Source of the DNA: Pelomyxa schiedti
Lineage: Eukaryota; Protista; Evosea
Assembly: GCA_020536535.1 (NCBI GenBank)
Contig: JAHLWZ010000902.1
Location: 1 to 53,247, forward strand
DNA: 53,247 nt
Direction of reading: 5' to 3'
The notes beneath the pieces were generated by a model. The model was not told the origin of the DNA. It ran no database searches and saw only the letters and a program-made list of their open reading frames with translations. Numbering within the stretch: the first letter of the stretch is position 1; each line of letters starts with the position of its first letter. Shown in pieces: positions 22,917-36,200 of the stretch. Position numbers and translations under genes: made by a program.

Positions 22917-25900
22917 ATGTCAGCATTTGAAGGTACCGCGCGTCGGTCGTTGATCGTAGATCGTAGATGACTCGAAACAAACATGCCAAACAGAATTGGG
23001 AGTGCTGCCTGAGTTGATTAAGGCCGTGGAGGAACAGGAGTGGTTTCTGCCCACGCCGATTCAGTCTGATGCCATTCCACTCATTTTAGGAGGCGGTGAT
23101 GTGTTGGCTGTATGTTCCGTTCTTATTTTTTTACACTGGCATCTTAAGGTTTTTTAGGCTGCTGAAACGGGCTCTGGTAAAACAGGAGTGCGTGACATCT
23201 TGAATCTTTATCCTATGAATAATAATAATAATAAAAAGGCCTTCGCACTACCTGTTATCCAAATTGTGTGGGAGGAACTAAGAAATGTTGCCAAAGGAAA
23301 GAACTCCACAACGGCATCTAGTATGTCCAATTTCTTCCCTCTTTTGCCTTGACTCATGCTTGGTCACAGGTACTGCAATTTCTATTGAGCTAAGTCCGAC
23401 GGATAAAGACCCAGGCATACAGATACAAGGAGGTGTAACTGCTTCAGCGTACACAAATTCCTGGTGTGGTGGAAGAGCCTCAATTGGCGTTCTGCGAGGT
23501 TTCAACCTTAGGATTTTTAGACTGCCGGTTTACCTGTTTTAGGCAAGCACTACTACGAAGTGCATATCATCCATGTCGGTAATGCAGGTCTAGCTCGTGT
23601 TGGGTGGTCCACAGGTGCTGCGCGGTATGATCTTGGAACAGACCAGTTCGGATATGGCTTTGGAGGAACAGGAAGAAAATCCAACTGCCGGTATGCATAC
23701 TTCCACTTCTGGTGGTCTCACTCTGTCAAGTAATTTTGATCCCTATGGGCAACCCTTTGGCATAAGTGATGTCATTGGGTGTTATGCAGACCTGGATTCT
23801 GGAGTTATAGGCTTTACCAAAAATGGTACCTGCTACTTTCACCTTTCTTTCACCCTTAGCACAAGCAGGTAGTGATCTGGGCAGGGCTTTTACTGTTCCC
23901 CCAAATATTCTGAGACAGGGACTCTATCCAGCGATTTGTCTTAAGGTAGTACTGCCAATAAATCCCAGCAGTTAAAGAAATTTATGTAGAATGTGCAAGT
24001 GTCACTCCACTTTGGAGACAGCTGCAGCCCCCTTACATTCCCAGTTCCACCTGGCTTCACTCCTGTGGCAGGTGCAAATCCTGGGGACACAAGTCTGGCC
24101 AATGCTAACCTTTCTTCATCTCAAGGGTACGAAGCACATGGAATTCCAATGTTCTTAACCCTTCCTCAGACGAGCTCCCGTATGTCTCATTCTGGAACCA
24201 TCCTGGGAACTTGCAGAGCAAACCCACAAATCAATAAGTAGTTTTACCAAATATTTACCTCCGCCATCTCTGGAAATGGCTTTGCTGATTGGAGGAGTCT
24301 CCATTCAAAGCCAGGCTCAGGTGTGCATGTGAGTAGATTTGTTAGAGGTGCACCTTTCATTTACCCTTACACAGGCTCTTGCAAATGGTGTTGATATTGT
24401 TACTGGAACTCCTGGGCGTATTGATGGTGTGAGACTCAAAGTCAATATGAGCTTCTTTTAATGCAGCTACAGCATTTGTGAGTGACGGGAAACTATCCCT
24501 TTCCAACATCAGATTCTTGGTTTTGGATGAGGCTGACAACCTTGTTGCTAATAATATTGAAATTATACAAAACGTGCATGCCAAGATTCCCAAGACAAAA
24601 TTACAAGCAAGTCTCTGGTTTGATTTTTCCTAATTTAACTTCTCATTTTTAGGTTTTAATGTTTTCTGCAACTCTTCACTCTGAGGAAATAAAGCAAGCA
24701 GCACAAACTATGTGCCGGTTTCCAACATGGGTGGACCTAAAAGGAAAAGACTCTGTACCAACTGTATGATATTTATTTGGACTTCATAGGCAAACATCTT
24801 TAAGACAGTTGACCATGCTGTGGTCTACATTAATCCCGACAAACCACCTAAAAACCTTGTCTCCCATCAGATTACAACAGATGGAATGCATGGAGGTTGT
24901 TAGGACCTGCCCTTCTTCTCATCTCATCAACAAATTCCAGGAGTAGTACGCGATTTAGCTGAGTCAAAGTCTCACTCCACCAAATTACTAAAAGCCAAAG
25001 TACTTCTCAAAGTAATTGATGCCTTTAAGATGAGTCAGTGCATAGTCTTCTGCAGAACAAAGGTAAAAGACCTCATACAGAACCTTCGTTAAACACTTCC
25101 AGATTGACTGCGATAATTTGGAAAATTTCCTACTTACTGTTGGTGGAGGCAAAAGACGTACTTTTTCCTCTCTGTGGATAGTGCCTTAACCATAATTAGA
25201 TGTGCCAAGTCGTGGAGAGAGTGACTTTGGCCAAGGGGTGTACTCTTGTGTCGTTGTCCACGCTGATCGTCCACCAGCGGAAAGACAAACGAACTTACAT
25301 TCATTCAAGAGTGGGGAGGTGAGGTTTTTGATTACAACAGATCTTGGGGCGAGAGGTATTGATATAAGTGAGGTGCCTTATGTTATAAGTAAGTCCATTC
25401 TCTTCGCCAATAAACTTCACGCTTCTATTAGACTATACTCTTCCCGATAAACCGGAGGATTACATACATAGAGTGGGGCGAGTAGGGAGAGCTGACAGAA
25501 TGGGTTTGGCAATATCTTTGGTTTCCACTTGCCCCGAAAAGGTTTCCCATCTCTTCAAGGTTTTTTTTTAAATCAAACCAACCACCTAAAAAAGGTATGG
25601 TATCACACATGTCCAAGTAAAGGAAAATCTTGCGGCAATCGAGCGCTACGCGATGAAGGAGGATGTGCCATTTGGTGGAATGAGCCTGAGTACTGGAGTG
25701 TATGTCCAAAGTAACTTTCCTTTCTCTAAAACTCGCTAGTCCATACAACAAAGATTGGGAATGACAGTGCCCCAGCTGGATGATAACTTTCAACTACCAA
25801 GCGCCGCGGTACCTCCCAATACTGTTATTAAATAACCAACAAAACCCCAGAGCACCGAACGGTATGGACAGCGAAGAGGAGAGGAAAATACTTTTGTGTC

Positions 25901-26000
25901 ACATTCTGGAGAAATAAGAGACAAAGTAACACAGCTTGCTACCCTAGAAGACAGTGTACAGCTCAATTTTTGGAGCCTGAAAGGAGCGTTTCGATTTTGA
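22917..26000 (+). CDS. DDX1: ATP-dependent RNA helicase DDX1 (DEAD box with inserted SPRY domain)
   Basis: MSAFE|[39 protein letters not shown]|[10 protein letters not shown]|[12 protein letters not shown]; SPRY ([37 protein letters not shown]); VTGTPGR; LDEAD; FSAT; [14 protein letters not shown]; [21 protein letters not shown]; DDX1-specific [13 protein letters not shown]. Confidence 0.95.
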
Positions 26001-26079
26001 CACCTTCCCAAACTTCTTTTGAAAGCAAAGACTTTGAATTGGTTTTGTTATTTTTATGTCTCGGCACATAACTTGTTTG

Positions 26080-27920
26080 TTACCATGAATACTTGCCCTC
26101 GTCCTCTCCAGGGTTTGCCAAGAGTGTATGTCCTCTTTTGTTTGTGTTTGTGACTGTGACTTTGTTGCTATGACCAGTTTTTTTGTCTGAAGCAGTAACA
26201 TCAAGAGCTCCATCTGTATTGATGCAGAATTTAACATTGATGTGCGGGTCACCTTTGGGTGCTGGTGGAATTCCTGAGAGAGAGAACTTCCCGAGTAAAG
26301 TACAGTTTTTTGTCAGGGTTTCCTCACCTTCGTACACTTTTATTGTCACAGTTGGTTGATTGTCCTCAAAAGTTGAGAATATCTGTGTGCGATTGGTTGG
26401 AAGCAAAGTGTTCTTTCTAATCAGAGGGGTCATTACGCCACCGGCAGTTTCAATTCCCAGTGTGTGGGGCGTGACATCAACCAACAGCATTTCGATGAGT
26501 TGGGGGTTATGGATCCCAGAGAGAATAGCAGCCTCCAGTGCGGCCCCATATGCGGCAGAATCTGGAGCCATAATGGTGAGTTCACTACTAGTAAAGAATT
26601 CTTGTAGCATTTGCTGCACTTTGGGAATGCGAGATGATCCACCAACCAGAATGACATCATTGATGGAGGTTTTAGAATATTGACTTTCCTGAAGAACTTT
26701 CTCGACCACTCCAAAGATCGATTTGAAGAGATCAGCGTTCAAATCCTCAAACTTGGCTCTTGTCATCGTGGTGTGGTAGTCCACATCCTCAAACAGCTTA
26801 TCTAATTCAATGGATACTTGCACTTGTGATGACAGAGCCCTCTTGGCTCTCTCACATGCCATAAACAATCTTCGCATTGACTTGGTGCTTCCGGTTAAAT
26901 CTCCGTTGTATCTCATCTGAAAATCTTTGTCTATAGAATGGTGGACCATTGCGTCAAAGTCCACGCCGCCGATATGAGAATCACCAGAAGTGGAATTGAC
27001 TTCAATGACGCCATTCTCAGTTACCATTATTGATGCATCAAACGTGCCTCCTCCCAAGTGAAAAACCAGAGAAATGTTCTCTCGTAAACTCGGATTTTGA
27101 AAACAGTATGCCATGCCCACAGCAGAGGTCTCATTAAGTATCCTAATCACGCGAAGTCCTGCAATTTTGCATGCATTTTTAATTGCCTGCCTCTGAAAGT
27201 CACAGAAGCACGAAGGACAACTAAATTCGTTTAGAAGTTCGGCACATGTTGCCAACCCAAAAAAAAAAAAAAAAAAAAAGCAAAGAAAACGGGAAACAAG
27301 AAAAAACCCACGTAACTACGGCATCCCTGACGGGCGTTCCCAGAAATTCTTGGCGCCATTCGTTTCAACTTTGCAACGAGAACCGCGCAAATTTCTTCCG
27401 GCCACACAGCCCCGTCCGCATCACCTTGTCCTGGCGTTCCCACAATTCCATTCGCAGCCTCCACCGCCGCCGCCTCCTCCGGCAGCAACCCAACGGCAGC
27501 CTCGTCGCCCCGCCTCACAACGGCGAGGAGCCGCCTCCGGCCGTAGTCGGCGGCGTGGGGGTCGTCGTACGCGCGCCCCATCAGGCGCTTGATGTCGTGC
27601 ACGACCAGGTCGCACGGCCCCCACTCGTCCAGGCCCGCCAACGCCCTGCACCCGACGCCGCCGCTCGACCGCGTGAGGGCAACGCACGAGGACGTCGACG
27701 GCGAGCCACGGTTCATGACAACCTGAGGCCCGTCGCCCTGCCACACGGCCACGCGCGAGTCTGTGGTGCCGAGATCGATGCCGATCGCGGCCGGTTGGTT
27801 TGTGCTGCCGCTCGTGGTCGGTTTGTTCCGTGTTTGTTGTCTTGCCCTCCCACAATGAAGGACCCTGTGGCTGAAGTCTCCCAGAAGGTACGGGATTGAC
27901 TGGACCCATTGAAGCCTCAA
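26080..27920 (-). pseudogene. Divergent HSP70-like gene (NBD + SBD-beta, no lid/EEVD) with a +1 frameshift
   Basis: AAIGIDLGTTDS, DIKRLMGRAYDD, PEEICAVLVAKLKRMA then a shift at ~27352 into QEFLGTPVRDAVVT|CPSCFCDFQRQA, RILNETSA, VFHLGGGTFD, VLEKVL...LVGGSSRIPKVQ, TFEDNQPTVTIKVYEGE, GIPPAPKG. No clear in-frame ATG. Confidence 0.75.
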
Positions 27921-28089
27921 TTAAAGAAGCCCGACAACTGAAACTGAGCTTGGGCACATGCTCATAAGTCTTCGACCTCCTTCGATTGCAAGTCCGTCCC
28001 CGGGGTCGGAATCCTTTTTACGGTCAAAGCCAAGGAAACCTAGTTTGGCACCAAGTTTTTTACCTTCTAATTTTACATAAAACATGGGT

Positions 28090-31000
28090 TCAGGTTTTTG
28101 TTGAGGCTTTGGGCCGTGGTGTGGGCACAACGGGTGTTGTTGCAGTCACTTTTGCTCTGAACGATGTGGTTGGGGCTGATGCTGCCGGCTGCGTTATTGC
28201 GGCTGATGATGTGAGGGTGCTATCACCGCTGCTCGCCGGTGTGCTTGCGGAAGAAGTCGTGGGACTAGGGGTGCTGGCAGTACTAGCTGTTGCTTGTGGT
28301 GCAGTGATAGGCTCGGTGGGAGTTGCCGTTGAAGCTGGGGTTGGTGTTGGTGGTGTTGTTGTGATTGGCTGTGGGTCAGGTGTGGATACTTGTGGTGTGG
28401 TTGAGGGCGAAGGAGAGGAGGGTGCGGCTGTTGGGGTGGGTATTGACACCGTTGTGATTAGTGTGGTTGTTGCTGATGCGGCTGGCTGCTGTGGCTTGGT
28501 TGGGGTGCTTGGGGGAGGCGAATCTGTGAGTGAAGGTGTTTTCGAGGAGTGTGAAGAATGCGAGGCTTTCGAGGAGGAGTGCGGCCTGGACGATGAGGCG
28601 TGCGCCGAGTGTGAAGAATGGGAAGAGCGGATGGGAGTACTGGCCGGTGCTGTCACTACTGTAGACATTGTAACTGTGGTGGATGTTGTAACTGTTGTGG
28701 AAGTTGTCACTGTGGCAGGGGAAGCGGGTGGAACTTCGGGTGATTGGGCATTGCTTGCTGAGGCCGGTGAACTAGAGGCCGCTGGTGAGGGGGACGGTGA
28801 CGGTGATGGTGCCTTGATTAGACCGGAAGAACCAGAGAGTTTTAGTGAATCAGAGCCATCACCCTTGGTGGGTGTTTCTGGTGTTGCAGCTTTGAGAGGT
28901 GTCCTTAATCCACCAGTTCTTTGGGATGTCAACGGAGAGGAACCAGGAGGTTGGGGGTTGGGTATTTCTGCAACTGCCTCTGATTGAGACAAGACAGTTT
29001 GTGCGGATTGTAGTGGCGAAGGCATAGTTGGTGGCAGCCTCCCATGTGTCTCCTTATAAAGTGCCGCACTGATTATGCTTGAAAACCACTCGTCAGACCG
29101 TAGTACAGGTGTATTGGTACTGGTGGTTGTACGTCTCGGCTGCTTCATATAAGAATCTGTGGCGCGTTTGGCAATGCCATTGAGAAGGTGTTCAGCTTTG
29201 TCAGTGAGGAGCTTTGGACCTGCTTTCTCAATCACATACCTAAAGTAGTTGAGAACTTGAACATTGTGAGATCGTAATGGGACTACTTCATATCCAGGAC
29301 TAGCTGATGCAAGCCTTCCTGATGAAGTAAAACATTTCTTTGCCAAAATTTGTTCTTGGGGTCGGACATATGAAGTGCCATTTGTTCAATAACTCCAGAA
29401 ACAAGTGGGGCCACCCAATTACTGTGCAAGGTACTGTTTGGAGAACAATAATAAGTTATAAAGTATTACTTGCTTTTTTAGACCTCGAAATTTTTGATGA
29501 TAGGGCCGATATATAGCTGAATAGCCTCACAAACTTTGGCGTTGGTTCAGAGGGTTGCTTTTTGCGTTGTGTGTAATCAGTGTTGGGCCAATCAAGAGCA
29601 TCTTCTTCATTGTTGACGAGATCGCCACCTCTTCGGATGAAGAATGAGAGCATGACGCTGTCCTTAAGCACACAGATTTCGTCATACAATCGAGCAGCAT
29701 TGCAACAGGAGGAACTCAGACGTTTTTCTATCTTATACCAGAAAAGAAGACACACGAGAAAAGGTTAGTTCTAATCATTTTTTGAGCCATTGTACTAAAT
29801 ATCATCTTTATTTATCTAATACCTGTGCTTCCAAACGAGGAACAACAGTTTCAACAAAGTATGCACAGTTTGATATCATAAGAAGTAAAGTATCATCTTT
29901 TAACGACTTTCTTTCTGTCATGGCGGAGCATATTTCCCCAGTATAACGCGTTAAAGACGCGATTAACACTGACATGACTGCATGCAGGTATTCTGGTTCC
30001 AGGATATAACACATGGAATTCACAAATTCCTTAATGTGATAATGAAGCAGAACCTGGCCACTTGAATGAGGGGTTATCTACAAAACTGATGAAACACACA
30101 GCACTTTGAGAGACTTGGACTGTCAAATGCTGAACTGCTGAAGCGGACAGTGGGACAATAGGAGACATTGCCTCTGTTGTTATTGGCTGAACGCGAGAAA
30201 TCCATCTATGAACACATTAAGACATCACCACTTTTGAAAGAGCTCACTGGTCTTCATCAAATAGTTTTGCTGATAAAATCTGCAATCGGTGTCCACAAGA
30301 AAAAATAGCAGTATGAAGCCGTGGAGATATCTGGTGATTGCTTAGCAAATAAAGTAAAAGTTTTTTTTTCCCTCAGCCAACCTTTTGGTTCAAGAAAAAT
30401 GTAAGAGACAAATCGTCAGGAAGCAAAGTTTGGCAGTGAAAGACAGCTTTCTGAATGCACTCACCAATTACTCTAAAATCCTCAGAATAAAACACGCGGT
30501 GATTGAACACTTCTGCAAAATTCTCAACTTGCGCTGCTGCCCACATCACAAATGCTGCCCAAACTATCAACAAAGGAAAAAAAAGAATTAAAACCGTACC
30601 AGACATCATATTTGCATCAGCACTGAAAACAGACATATAGTCAGAGTAGGCGTTCCTGATGTGCCCAAAGACTACTTGGGCAAGTTCGTTGACATGTCTA
30701 CACAAGTCTCCATCGTATTTAATTTTTTGGATCTCCTACCCACAATTTTAATCTGAGAGTTTTGTATTCACTTTGAGGTACCCTGTGTAATAGTAACGTG
30801 CGGGTTTCCAGGAAAGTTTCTTTTGCTCGCTCTTTTAAAGTCAGTCTAACAAGTAGAAGCATTGCTTTCCTAGCCTGTGAAGGTGGAAAGGAAGGATTTG
30901 CTAAATCCTTGCTGATGTGCTCAGCCAGTTCCTGTTGTCAATAAGGTTTCTGAAGTAATAGCATTATTCACGCACATTTATCTTGTTGGCAATATCCCTC

Positions 31001-31916
31001 TTTATAGGGTGCCCTTGCAATGCTTCGTCCAACAGTTTATCTGTTTGGAACAGTGAAGTGGCACGTGAATGCATATCAACGGCCTCCGAAAAATTCCGCT
31101 GTGCCATCAGAATTTCCAACTCTTCAGGCACTTCAAGCAACCAGCGAATGTTGTTGGTCATCTGCTCGCGCCTTTGTTGCTTTCGCTGGGCACGATTTTT
31201 TTGTTCAATGGGGTCCACATTCTGTTGTTGTTGCTTTTGATGTTCTTTTTCAAGTTGCTGTTGTTTTTGTTGCTGTTCAGTACTAGCACGATGAAGGGTG
31301 TCAAGGTTCATGCTGAGAGAGCTGACCAGCTGACGGACTGCATGCATTTCAGTCTAGGGAAAAAAAGTTGACTTACTCCATGCTAAAGAAATTATAACGG
31401 AACAAATATAAAAGAGGAGAAATGAACCTCCAGTGTTGATATTTCCTTTGACGAGGTGATGAACCTATGGAATTGCGTTGTCAAAAGGAAAACTTCACAA
31501 TTAACGCCTTCTCAGGAGTCATACATATGATAGTTGTTGTACACGTTGGCCTTGAGCTGCTCGGCTATTTCCACTTTTTTCCTCAGCAGCTCCCTCAGCT
31601 TGGCTCGCGCCGCCTCCTCGCCGCCCTCCGCAAACAGCTCCCGCGCGTACGCCTCCCCCGAGAACTCCGCCTCGATGTCGAACGGGTCCTGCCGCGCGCC
31701 GGACGGCGCCCCGGCGTTCCCGCTGGTCCGGAACAGGCTCGTCGCCGGCGCCGCCACCGCCGCCATGGCCCCCGCCGTTGTGCTCGCCACCGTGGTCACC
31801 GCGCTCGCCGTCGTGCTCGCCACCGCTGTGACCGCACCGGCAGTCCCGCTCGCCACGGCCGAAACAGCGCTCACTGTCCCGCTCGCCACTGCCGACACCG
31901 CGTTCACCGCAAACAT
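28090..31916 (-). CDS. EXOC8: Exocyst subunit Exo84/EXOC8 with a long S/T/P-rich C-terminal tail
   Basis: FSGEAYARELF...LRKKVEIAEQLKANVYNNYHM|FITSSKEISTLE; RWLLEVPEELEILMAQRNFSEAVD; FVMWAAAQVENFAEVF; these are Exo84-type motifs. Final exon is ORF 28090-29346. Confidence 0.8.
31755..31910 (-). repeat. Coding tandem repeat of about 33 nt (11 aa) at the Exo84 N-terminus
   Basis: VSAVASGT / VSAVSAVASGT / AGAVTAVASTT / ASAVTTVASTT / AGAMAAVA. Confidence 0.75.
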
Positions 31917-32056
31917 CGTTGTTCGGTTTGATAGTTTGTTTTGTTTTATTTTGTTTGTTTTTGTTTTAATCGGTTGATCTTAGCGTAAGTGACAATGCTT
32001 CCGGGGATTTAATTTAGTTTTTTTTTTTGTTTGTTTTTCAGGGTGTGGTTTTTGTG

Positions 32057-33095
32057 CTACGGGCCTTGGGCAAGGTATTTTAGAACATTGATGGGTCCAA
32101 CTTCATTGAGTAGCCGCAGTGCTTCCTCATTGCGCACAAAAAAGGAACCACCAAATCCAAGTGAGTTGGTGGGAATGATGTTGAGGTATGACTCGAACTT
32201 TCTGGGCACAACAAACATCCATTGCCGCGTGAGAAGCATGTTATGGCTAATATCGTTCTCTGAAGTGTTCTCTGTTTGGCCCGGAAGTCTTATGCCAAGT
32301 TCACCAAGTGCTGTGTCATATACGGCTTTCAGACACGTGGCAATAGCTGGATCAGCCTCAAACGATACGTATTTCCGCAAGTCCACCAAAGCGTGAGGGA
32401 AAGGCAGACAAGGGATTTTAATTGTTGCAAGAGCCGTGCTAATAGAAGGTAAAGCACTCAATACTGATGAAGCTGCCTGATAAATAAACATTCTTGTATC
32501 TCCCCGTATGATTTGCATGTGCTTGTGACCCTGGCTTGCACCTGACAGTGTACCACAGTTGTAAAATCCAAGAAGTCCACAACTTGTCCCGGAATTGTCA
32601 CCATCAATGGGCAAACAGGACCACAACGCTGCAAAATCGGATTCATCAAGTGGCTCATGTTGAGCACGATACTCAACAGTAGGTAAAACCACATGACCAG
32701 AAGTGATAGGGAACTCCAAAAAAGAAAAAAAGGGGGGAAATGTACAAGAAGGATAAGTTAGCAAGGTTATAATGGCGCGATAAAACAACCTTATTTAGCA
32801 CTATGTTGTGTGTACCCCTCGGTACTTTCCCAATGAGCAATTCAGGCTGCGGCACCATAAACGGGTCGATTACAGGGAAACCTCGGTCACACGCCGGCGT
32901 CGTAGAATCTCCACCCGGTTTTGCGACAACAACGGCGGCAGTGGTCGGATTTACGGGGGTCCTTACAATTACAGTCCAACCATCGGGGCACGGAGATCCG
33001 GCAGCAACCACCAACACCTTTGTTTGCGTTGTTTTGAGTGCGGACGACGAGATCGCACGGCACACGGCTGCATCTACGACTTCGGCCGTCAACAT
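32057..33095 (-). CDS. ATP adenylyltransferase / Ap4A phosphorylase (Apa1/Apa2-like)
   Basis: DPFMVPQPELLIG...THNIVLNK; EYRAQHEPLDESDFAALW; LGFYNCGTLSGASQGHKHMQII (HxHxQ motif); HNMLLTRQWMFVVPRK; NSLGFGGSFFVRN. Confidence 0.88.
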
Positions 33096-33205
33096 TCTTT
33101 TGATAACCTAAGTTGTCTAAACGTCAATTTCCGAATTCGTAGATGGATCTCGAGATCCTAAAAAACCCAAAAATCCAATAAATCATCGTAGTCGAACGAC
33201 CGATC
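33096..33205. promoter_or_regulatory. Putative very short bidirectional promoter (Apa-like / TRIM)
   Basis: About 110 bp between divergent ATGs. The TRIM start codon is tentative. Confidence 0.35.
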
Positions 33206-36200
33206 ATGAAGAAGGCATTCAAGCACATGAAGACCAAGTCGTCCTCAGGGATACGCAAAGGCATGCAACACACTTCTTTAGTTGTTGCTTTGATTGGCCG
33301 ATTTGCTCCTTTTTCCAACAACACTTTGCAGAGGACGAACCTCCAGGAAGCCCTTTAAACAACCCGTTGACACCTTCAGGTTTATTAATTCTTGTGCACA
33401 TACTCACAACCAGAGACCTTCCTTTTTCACTGACTTTTTTTTTAAGCTCCCACTGCTGGTTTCGCTCCCTTCTTCTCTGCCTTGATGTGTAACTTTGTTA
33501 GAGGATTTGACGTGCCCTATTTGCCATGAGCAGTACTCCAAACAAGCACCAAAAATTCCTCGCGTGTTGGATTGTGGACATTATTTTTGTGAAGGTCTTG
33601 CAAAAACCTAACTAAACTGTGAATTTCACTGCATTGCGAAATGCTCTTTTCACTTAATACTTCCAGAGTGCCTCGACCTTGTATGCACTGCAAGCAACCG
33701 CGCTATATTTTGCGTTACATGCAAACAACCCACAAATATGCCAACTGCCGGTATATCCGGCTTACCTGTGTGCAATGCCATACTCGAAGCTGGTTAGTTT
33801 CTTTCAACTCTTTACCATATTGATTGGTAACCAGTTGCACTGCAAAAATCAAATCCCTCTAGCACTCTTTCAACGCCATCTTCACCTCCATCCACGCCCA
33901 TAGCAATGGGCTCTACTTCCGGATCAAACACTTCTTCACCTTCCCCATCTCCTGTCACTGACGCGGTACCAGCAATACAACCTCTCTCCCTGAGTGGTGA
34001 TTGCACTGCCACAGTCACTGTGGTTGGGGTTCCGCACAACGTTTCTGCCATATGTGAAGAATGCAAGGTACGAAGTGCAACAGTTTACTGTTACAACTGT
34101 CCTGGTTCATTGTGCACCGACTGTTGCAATGCCTCTCATGTCTCAAACTTACAACAGAGACATCAAAGAGTATGCGCTTTATCAGAGTGCATGAGAATAA
34201 GATTATGTACTAGGTACCTGTGCAACACGTTCCCAAGAGGAGATTCTTCTGCAAAGAACACCCTAGTCACTCACTGGATCTATACTGCCAAAATGAACAA
34301 ACTTTAGTTTGTCCAATGTGTTCCGTTGTTGGGTAGAGATTACCTTCGCCATTGATATGGCTCATAGAACAATAGGTCACATAGAGGACACAATGTGTGC
34401 AGTATCGAGGAAGCTGCTTCAGAAATACGAGAGAAACTTAATGAAGTACTTAAAGAATCACAAGACACACTCGTCTCTCTTAAAGACTCATATTCGTCAC
34501 TGTGTGACCTGTGCACTACAAGTGAATCTGCTATCGACAAAGTCTCTCTCCAAATTCAGGTTCATTCTATTGTATTTGTTGCTGACTAAGTAGCACACAA
34601 GACCTTCTTCAGTCAAATCTGCCAAGTAGTAGCAGCCAGAGAAGCAGAGCTATTGTCGGAAGTAGTAAAAAAATCTGGAATAGATAACCTGCGTGCACAA
34701 GTGGATTTGGTAGCATCAAATATCAGTTCTCTGAAAGGGTTAGTGGGAGACAGCAAGGCATTGCTCACAGGGACAAGTGATTTGGAATTGTTGTGGGAAA
34801 AAGAATTCTTGATGGAAAAACTCAAGACTGCAACGAAGAGCCAATCCACGAAACCTTGCTTAAATAGTGTGCCCAATTTTGAGTGTGTATGATGTGAAGA
34901 TGCCTCCACCCATGATTCGCTTTCCCGCCTTTATTTCAAATTTTCCTTTCCAGTGGTAGACATGCACTCAACTTTGCAACACAGAAATCCCACTGGTTCA
35001 ATTTACCGATATCACACCATACATACAAGGAGTGGGGCAAATTGTCATGAGACACTGCTCTCTTAACTTAGGAAACGGGAGTGACGGTACTTTGGTCTGT
35101 ACTGCTCTCATCGTTCTAGCGAGCAAACGAATTAATGCCCCACTAAATAGACCGTTTCTAGTCACATTGTCCTTGATGCGGACATGTGGTATGAATTTTC
35201 TTCTGTGACTGTTACCAAGAGTGGAGTTCTTACAGCCCAGGCATGGGATGGAAGTTCAAAAGGGAATTTACAAATACGGGTGTGTTTTATTGAATTTCTA
35301 TGCATTCCTGTTGAATGGGTTTTAGGTATTGAACACCTTAAAAATTGAACAAGGCGGAGTAATCCACATGACAGGCAAAGGTATTTTGGTGCCATATTAT
35401 CCCAAGATCTTATAGACTCCAGGGTATCTTGGTGGCAGAGCAATATCCCCGTCAAGACAAGGGATTGCATTCCAGGTATACCTCTCCCCTTCGACTGCAA
35501 CGTAATTTGTTAAGGGTGAATCAACCTGGGGAGTTGGCCAGCAAGCTTCTGAGGCAAATGGTGGAGGTGGTGGCGGAGGAACTGCTCAGCCAGAGTCGGG
35601 AACCACTGGTGGAGGTGGTGGAGGCTATGGGGTATCTGGTTGTAATGCAGAACCAGTTGGCAAATTGATGGAAGGCTGCGGGGGATTACCTTATGGGTTA
35701 CAAGATCTATCACCTCCGCACATGGGTGCAGGAGGCGGGTCAGGCCACCCCTTTGGTACAGTAGCTTCTACATATAACATCAATAACCGACTGCTTTAGA
35801 TTCCGTGGGTTCTGAGAAACCGGGAGGGCCTTCTCCGGACTCCGAACAGTCTAATAGAGGGAGAGGAGGCTGCGGCGGCGGCATTGTATGTATTTGTGCT
35901 AGTAGGATAGAAATTGCAGGCATCATTGTAGTAGATGGTGCACCAGGTGAACCAGCAGCACCCAATTCATACGGCTCCGGAGGTGGAGGAGGCGCTGGTG
36001 GCAGTGTGTGGATTCAAGCCGAGGTATGTTCTCCCAGCCTTTACTTTTCCAAGCTTTGACTACCTACCAGGTTCTACACAATGACGGATTGATCTCTTCC
36101 GGAGGTGGGGATGGGGGGATCTGCGGAAGCCCCAATTCAGGCCGGTGCGGGAATGGCGGCATGGGGGCTTGTGGCAGAGTCAGACTCGACTATGTCATTA

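Noticed and set aside
27921-28130. Short ORF overlapping the Exo84 stop, suggesting an Exo84-HSP70 fusion
   Set aside because: No splice or frame combination found that joins Exo84 to the HSP70 frame.
27986-28987. 333-aa plus-strand ORF (and similar antisense ORFs at 7996-8637, 40505-41227, 44329-44925)
   Set aside because: Shadow ORFs antisense to low-complexity or GC-rich coding exons.
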